From the NCBI GenBank assembly GCA_001776785.1, contig MFDF01000008.1:103097-167096 (forward strand): a stretch of DNA of 64,000 nt, written 5' to 3'. A program made the translations under genes and the position numbers. Positions 58,343 through 64,000 of this stretch are shown here, one piece after another. The notes beneath the pieces are model-generated. The model was not told the origin of the DNA. It did no database searches and worked only from the letters and a program-made list of their open reading frames with translations. Numbering within the stretch: the first letter of the stretch is position 1; every line of letters starts with the position of its first letter. This stretch comes from Candidatus Daviesbacteria bacterium RIFCSPHIGHO2_12_FULL_37_16. Lineage in GTDB: Bacteria; Patescibacteriota; Microgenomatia; Daviesbacterales; UBA10151.

Positions 58343-59650
58343 TCAATCCTCAATCACTCTTCTACCAATCTTATCAACATCTCCAGCTCCCATGAAAAAT
58401 ACTACATCCCCACCCCTTATTGCTACTTTTAAAAACCCCTCTACCTCATCTTTGGGTCCCAAGTATGACACAGTGGCCTTCCCAATTGCATCTACTAACT
58501 CTTTAGAAGATGTTAACCCTATATCTTTTTCTCTTGATGGATAGATATCAATAATAAAAGTCTGGTCAATAGGAAGATCCTGAAAAACTTTCACAAAGTC
58601 ATCAAACAAAGCTTTAGTCCTGGTAAACATATGTGGCTCATAAAGTAAAACTATCCTTTTTTCTTTAAATTTTTCTCTGGCTGCCTCCATTGTTTTTCTA
58701 ATCTCAGTTGGATGGTGACCAAAATCAGAATATATTTGTGCTCCCCTAAATTCCCCAATAAACTCAAATCTTCTGCCCAAACCTGCATAAGAAGATAAAC
58801 TTTGGGAAATTGTCTGGGGATCTAAACTTAATGATAAACCTAACTGGAATACAGCACTAGCATTTAATTTATTAAAATCCCCTGGAACCTTTAGATTTAA
58901 ATTTAGTATGTGTTTTGAATAATCTATTACTGTCACAGGAGAGTCTTTCATCACATCTTTAATAATGTCTGCAACATTAGGGTCTTCTAAATTTGCAATA
59001 ATAATTTTTTTAGTTTGAGCTAAAAAATTCCTGAAAGATTTTTTGACATCCTCTATATCTTTAAAATATTCTGGATGGTCCATTTCAATATTGGTAATAA
59101 TTGTGATATCTGGTTTGTAAAACTGGAAATTATCATTATATTCATCTGCCTCTGTTATAAAAAATTTGGATTTACCAACCCTGAAATTTTTGCCCCAACT
59201 GGGAACTATTGCCCCAAGTTCTACAGTTGGGTCCAAATTTGCATCCCCTAAAAGTTTGGCACTCATTGCAGTCACAGTAGACTTACCATGAGTCCCACAA
59301 ACTGCAATCAAAAATTTATCTTTGTGCAAATACTCCCCCATAAACTCCTGCCAGGTTAATACAGGTATATTTAATTTCTTTGCTGCTAAAAGTTCTGGAT
59401 TATTGGCATCCAAAGAAAAAATTGCTGGAGTCACAATAAGTAAATCCACTTTATTAGAAGATTCACTCCCGTAGTGGCCACTCAAATGCTCAGGACTATG
59501 GCCTTTAAACTTGACACATCCGATGTGTAAAGTAAATTCATTATCAGGCTCAAGGTCACAGCCGCTCACTTCAAATCCCTGAGCTTGAGCTATTGCTGCT
59601 GCACCAGATGCCCCACTCCCCCCAATTCCCAAAAAATGTATCTTCTTCAT
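58343..59650 (-). CDS. murC: UDP-MurNAc--L-alanine ligase
   Basis: HFLGIGGSG.S, GTHGKST, EADE, N.E.DH, G..RRF, DFGHHPTE, PH..TRT, MGAG. Confidence 0.95.
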   Translation of the reverse strand: MKKIHFLGIGGSGASGAAAIAQAQGFEVSGCDLEPDNEFTLHIGCVKFKGHSPEHLSGHYGSESSNKVDLLIVTPAIFSLDANNPELLAAKKLNIPVLTWQEFMGEYLHKDKFLIAVCGTHGKSTVTAMSAKLLGDANLDPTVELGAIVPSWGKNFRVGKSKFFITEADEYNDNFQFYKPDITIITNIEMDHPEYFKDIEDVKKSFRNFLAQTKKIIIANLEDPNVADIIKDVMKDSPVTVIDYSKHILNLNLKVPGDFNKLNASAVFQLGLSLSLDPQTISQSLSSYAGLGRRFEFIGEFRGAQIYSDFGHHPTEIRKTMEAAREKFKEKRIVLLYEPHMFTRTKALFDDFVKVFQDLPIDQTFIIDIYPSREKDIGLTSSKELVDAIGKATVSYLGPKDEVEGFLKVAIRGGDVVFFMGAGDVDKIGRRVIED

Positions 59651-59675
59651 GAAGTAATTATAGTATTATTTAAAG

Positions 59676-59702
59676 GTCATTGCGAGCGTAGCGAAGCAAT
59701 CT
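59676..59702. repeat. Short REP-like element
   Basis: GTCATTGCGAGCGTAGCGAAGCAATCT; related to elements at 26922-26957 and 62446-62507. Confidence 0.55.
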
Positions 59703-59718
59703 AGCAACAAAATAAGTC

Positions 59719-60009
59719 CTATTTTTTCCAAGGATTACCAGGAGGTTCTTCACTTAACAATCCAGCCGCTTCTTCCTTATTAAGAATTTTCCAATCTACA
59801 TCTAAAAAATCTTTCGGTATCATACGTGAGCGTGTTACACCTACAAAACTGAGGATTCTATCAATATCACCGAAAAATTTAGTTACATTTTCTCCCTCTA
59901 AACATGCAATTTCACCATCTTCATATTGGTAAATTACTCGCACTAAACTTTCAGTAGGTTTTAGATCTCTGTGAGGTATTTCTCTACCTGTATTTTCTTT
60001 TTCTTGCAT
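59719..60009 (-). CDS. Hypothetical protein
   Basis: 96-aa ORF between gyrB and murC, same strand. Confidence 0.45.
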   Translation of the reverse strand: MQEKENTGREIPHRDLKPTESLVRVIYQYEDGEIACLEGENVTKFFGDIDRILSFVGVTRSRMIPKDFLDVDWKILNKEEAAGLLSEEPPGNPWKK

Positions 60010-60047
60010 AACTCAATCCTGTTGAACAGATATTATTTCTAATTTAT

Positions 60048-62096
<2,049 letters not shown>

Positions 62097-62145
62097 TTAT
62101 TGCAAACTAATACATTCAAATTAGCTTGTTATATCAGTCCAAACT

Positions 62146-62215
62146 CAATGATTAATGATTAAAGATGAAAGATTAAGGATTCTATTCATCAATCATTATT
62201 CATTAATCTTTAATC
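62146..62215. repeat. Two inverted arrays of degenerate heptamer repeats
   Basis: TCAATGA TTAATGA TTAAAGA TGAAAGA TTAAGGA, then TCATCAA TCATTAT TCATTAA TCTTTAA. Confidence 0.7.
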
Positions 62216-62875
62216 ACCTACTGGAAGCTCCAGCATCAAATACTCCAAAATCCCCCTTATCCCCACATTTGCCCCTGCCCACTCTTCAGCTTCTATTAGT
62301 TTTTTTGCAAACTCCAAGTTTTTTTTATCCTCCAGCTTCTCTCCTCTAAAATAATTTGTTAAAGCCCTCAAAAATCCTTCCTTATCCTCTGTTTTTTCTA
62401 CAAATTCAAATCTTTCTTCTAGAGTCATTTTCTGAAGTTTCTCAATGTCATTCTGAGCCGCAGGCGAAGAATATAAATTCATATCCTTCACTTCGTTCAG
62501 GATGACAATCTCACACCTAGACAGAATTGTTGGTATCAACTGATCTTCCTTCTCTACCCCCAGAATTATCACTGCTTCCTCAGGAGGTTCCTCTAAAGTC
62601 TTTAAAAGGGAATTTTGTGCTTCAGGAGTAAAATTTTGGGCACTTTCTATAAAAACTCCTCTTCCTTTAGTAGAGTAAGGCTTTAAACTTAAATGTTCTC
62701 TAACCCTTTTAGAAGCCTCAACCCCCAACCTTTCTTCATTATTTATATATAAAACATCAGGATGGTCTGTTTTTAAGTCATGTTCACCTAAAATCTTCAG
62801 AAACTCTTCCTGCCTTATATTAAGATCTGGAGAAATAAAAATCCTTGCAATCACAAAAAGGATTATATCACCCAA
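62210..62875 (-). CDS. holB: DNA polymerase III delta'-like (HolB-like) protein
   Basis: HPD, KP, EAQNSLLKTLEEPP, L.PTILSRC. Confidence 0.75.
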   Translation of the reverse strand: MGDIILFVIARIFISPDLNIRQEEFLKILGEHDLKTDHPDVLYINNEERLGVEASKRVREHLSLKPYSTKGRGVFIESAQNFTPEAQNSLLKTLEEPPEEAVIILGVEKEDQLIPTILSRCEIVILNEVKDMNLYSSPAAQNDIEKLQKMTLEERFEFVEKTEDKEGFLRALTNYFRGEKLEDKKNLEFAKKLIEAEEWAGANVGIRGILEYLMLELPVGD

Positions 62876-62947
62876 AAACTAATTGACACAGGAGCTTTAA
62901 AATGAGAATAATGTATATAGTCCCACCTGCCCTGGGATACTGTCCAC

Positions 62948-64000
62948 ATGGATCAATCACAAATAAACATTACTGATATTTTATTAAAATCAGGAGTTCT
63001 CAACTCTGATCAGGTTTCCGCAGTCAATTTAGAAAGTATAAACACTGGCCAGCCCATTGAAAAGATCATTTTAGACCACAAATTTGCCTCACAGGAAGAC
63101 ATTGCAAAAGCCAGGGCCCAGACTTTGGGTATCCCATTTGTATCTTCCCAGCAGATGGAAAATATAGCTATAGAGTCAGAAATCCTTAATTCAGTTCCTG
63201 AAACTGTTGCCAGAAGGTATAAATTAGTGCCTTTTAGAATGGATTCAGATGGACTAGCCATTATCATGACAGATCCGCTAGATCTCCAGGTTGTCCAGTT
63301 TATAGAAAAAAAGACTGGCAAAAAGGTCAAGCGCTACATGGGTCTTCCTGCAAATATTATTAATGTAATAAATGATCAGTACTCTCAAAATTTAACCACT
63401 GAAGTTGTCTCAGCCTTGAAAGAAGTTACATCATTAAACCCTGAAGAGAAAAAGGAGTCAGAGTTTGATACTGCTGAAGTTATCAGGGAAGCGCCAGTAG
63501 CCAACATAGTCACCCAGCTTCTGGAGTACGCAGTCCGCACCAAAGCCTCAGATATCCATATTGAGCCTGAGGAGGAACAAACCAGAGTCCGTTACAGGAT
63601 TGATGGAATCCTCCATGAAAAGATTCTGCTTCCCAGAAAAGTCCATGATGCAGTTATCTCCAGGATAAAAATTATGTCCGCTATGAAGATTGATGAAAAA
63701 AGACTCCCCCAGGACGGCAGGTTTACCTTTTCAGAAAATGATCGGGATATTGATTTAAGGGTTTCCACCCTGCCAACTGTCTTTGGAGAAAAAGTAGTTT
63801 TAAGGCTTCTGCCAAAATCAGAAAAACCACCTACCCTTGGGGATTTAGGTTTAAGGGCAGCTGCATTAAAGAACCTTGAAAGCCAAATGCTCAGGACCCA
63901 CGGAATCATTTTGATCTGCGGGCCAACTGGATCAGGTAAAACTACTTCGCTTTATTCAATTCTTTCAAAACTTTCAACCACCAGGGTCAATATCTTAACA
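62948..64000 (+). CDS. pilB: Type IV pilus / T2SS assembly ATPase (PilB/GspE), 3' truncated
   Basis: Translated by hand: ASDIHIEP, RYRIDG.L, RIKIMS.M.IDEKRLPQDGR, RVSTLP..GEKVV.R, GPTGSGKTT. Confidence 0.92.
   Translation, partial: MDQSQINITDILLKSGVLNSDQVSAVNLESINTGQPIEKIILDHKFASQEDIAKARAQTLGIPFVSSQQMENIAIESEILNSVPETVARRYKLVPFRMDSDGLAIIMTDPLDLQVVQFIEKKTGKKVKRYMGLPANIINVINDQYSQNLTTEVVSALKEVTSLNPEEKKESEFDTAEVIREAPVANIVTQLLEYAVRTKASDIHIEPEEEQTRVRYRIDGILHEKILLPRKVHDAVISRIKIMSAMKIDEKRLPQDGRFTFSENDRDIDLRVSTLPTVFGEKVVLRLLPKSEKPPTLGDLGLRAAALKNLESQMLRTHGIILICGPTGSGKTTSLYSILSKLSTTRVNILT

Overview
AT-rich bacterial chromosome segment whose gene content and style (reduced metabolism, PilB, cohesin/dockerin surface proteins, PaaX-like gene, four-helix-bundle remnants, heptamer repeats) resemble Patescibacteria/CPR, probably Microgenomates; this taxonomy is an inference. 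Housekeeping genes include dnaB, pepN, efp, galU, yebC, ruvC, a Xer recombinase, nfo, gyrA, gyrB, gpmA, eno, murC, murD and tRNA-Leu(CAA). The window appears to span the replication terminus: a palindromic 28-bp dif-like site at 28220-28247, KOPS octamers converging on it, and a possibly structured ~430-nt non-coding segment beside it. The most unusual items are: (1) a lysine-centred locus at 42771-50380 encoding a PLP decarboxylase, a class II LysRS, an AblB-like GNAT, an M20 hydrolase, an ACT-less aspartokinase and a divergent HTH-ACT regulator; the aspartokinase has an unannotated Lys/Thr leader-peptide attenuator; (2) a Tam41/Mmp37-like (mitochondrial-type) CDP-DAG synthase; (3) a four-gene cohesin-dockerin surface module; (4) period-7 repeats and short palindromes inserted in frame in enzymes. 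All family calls come from motif recognition by eye; no database search was run.
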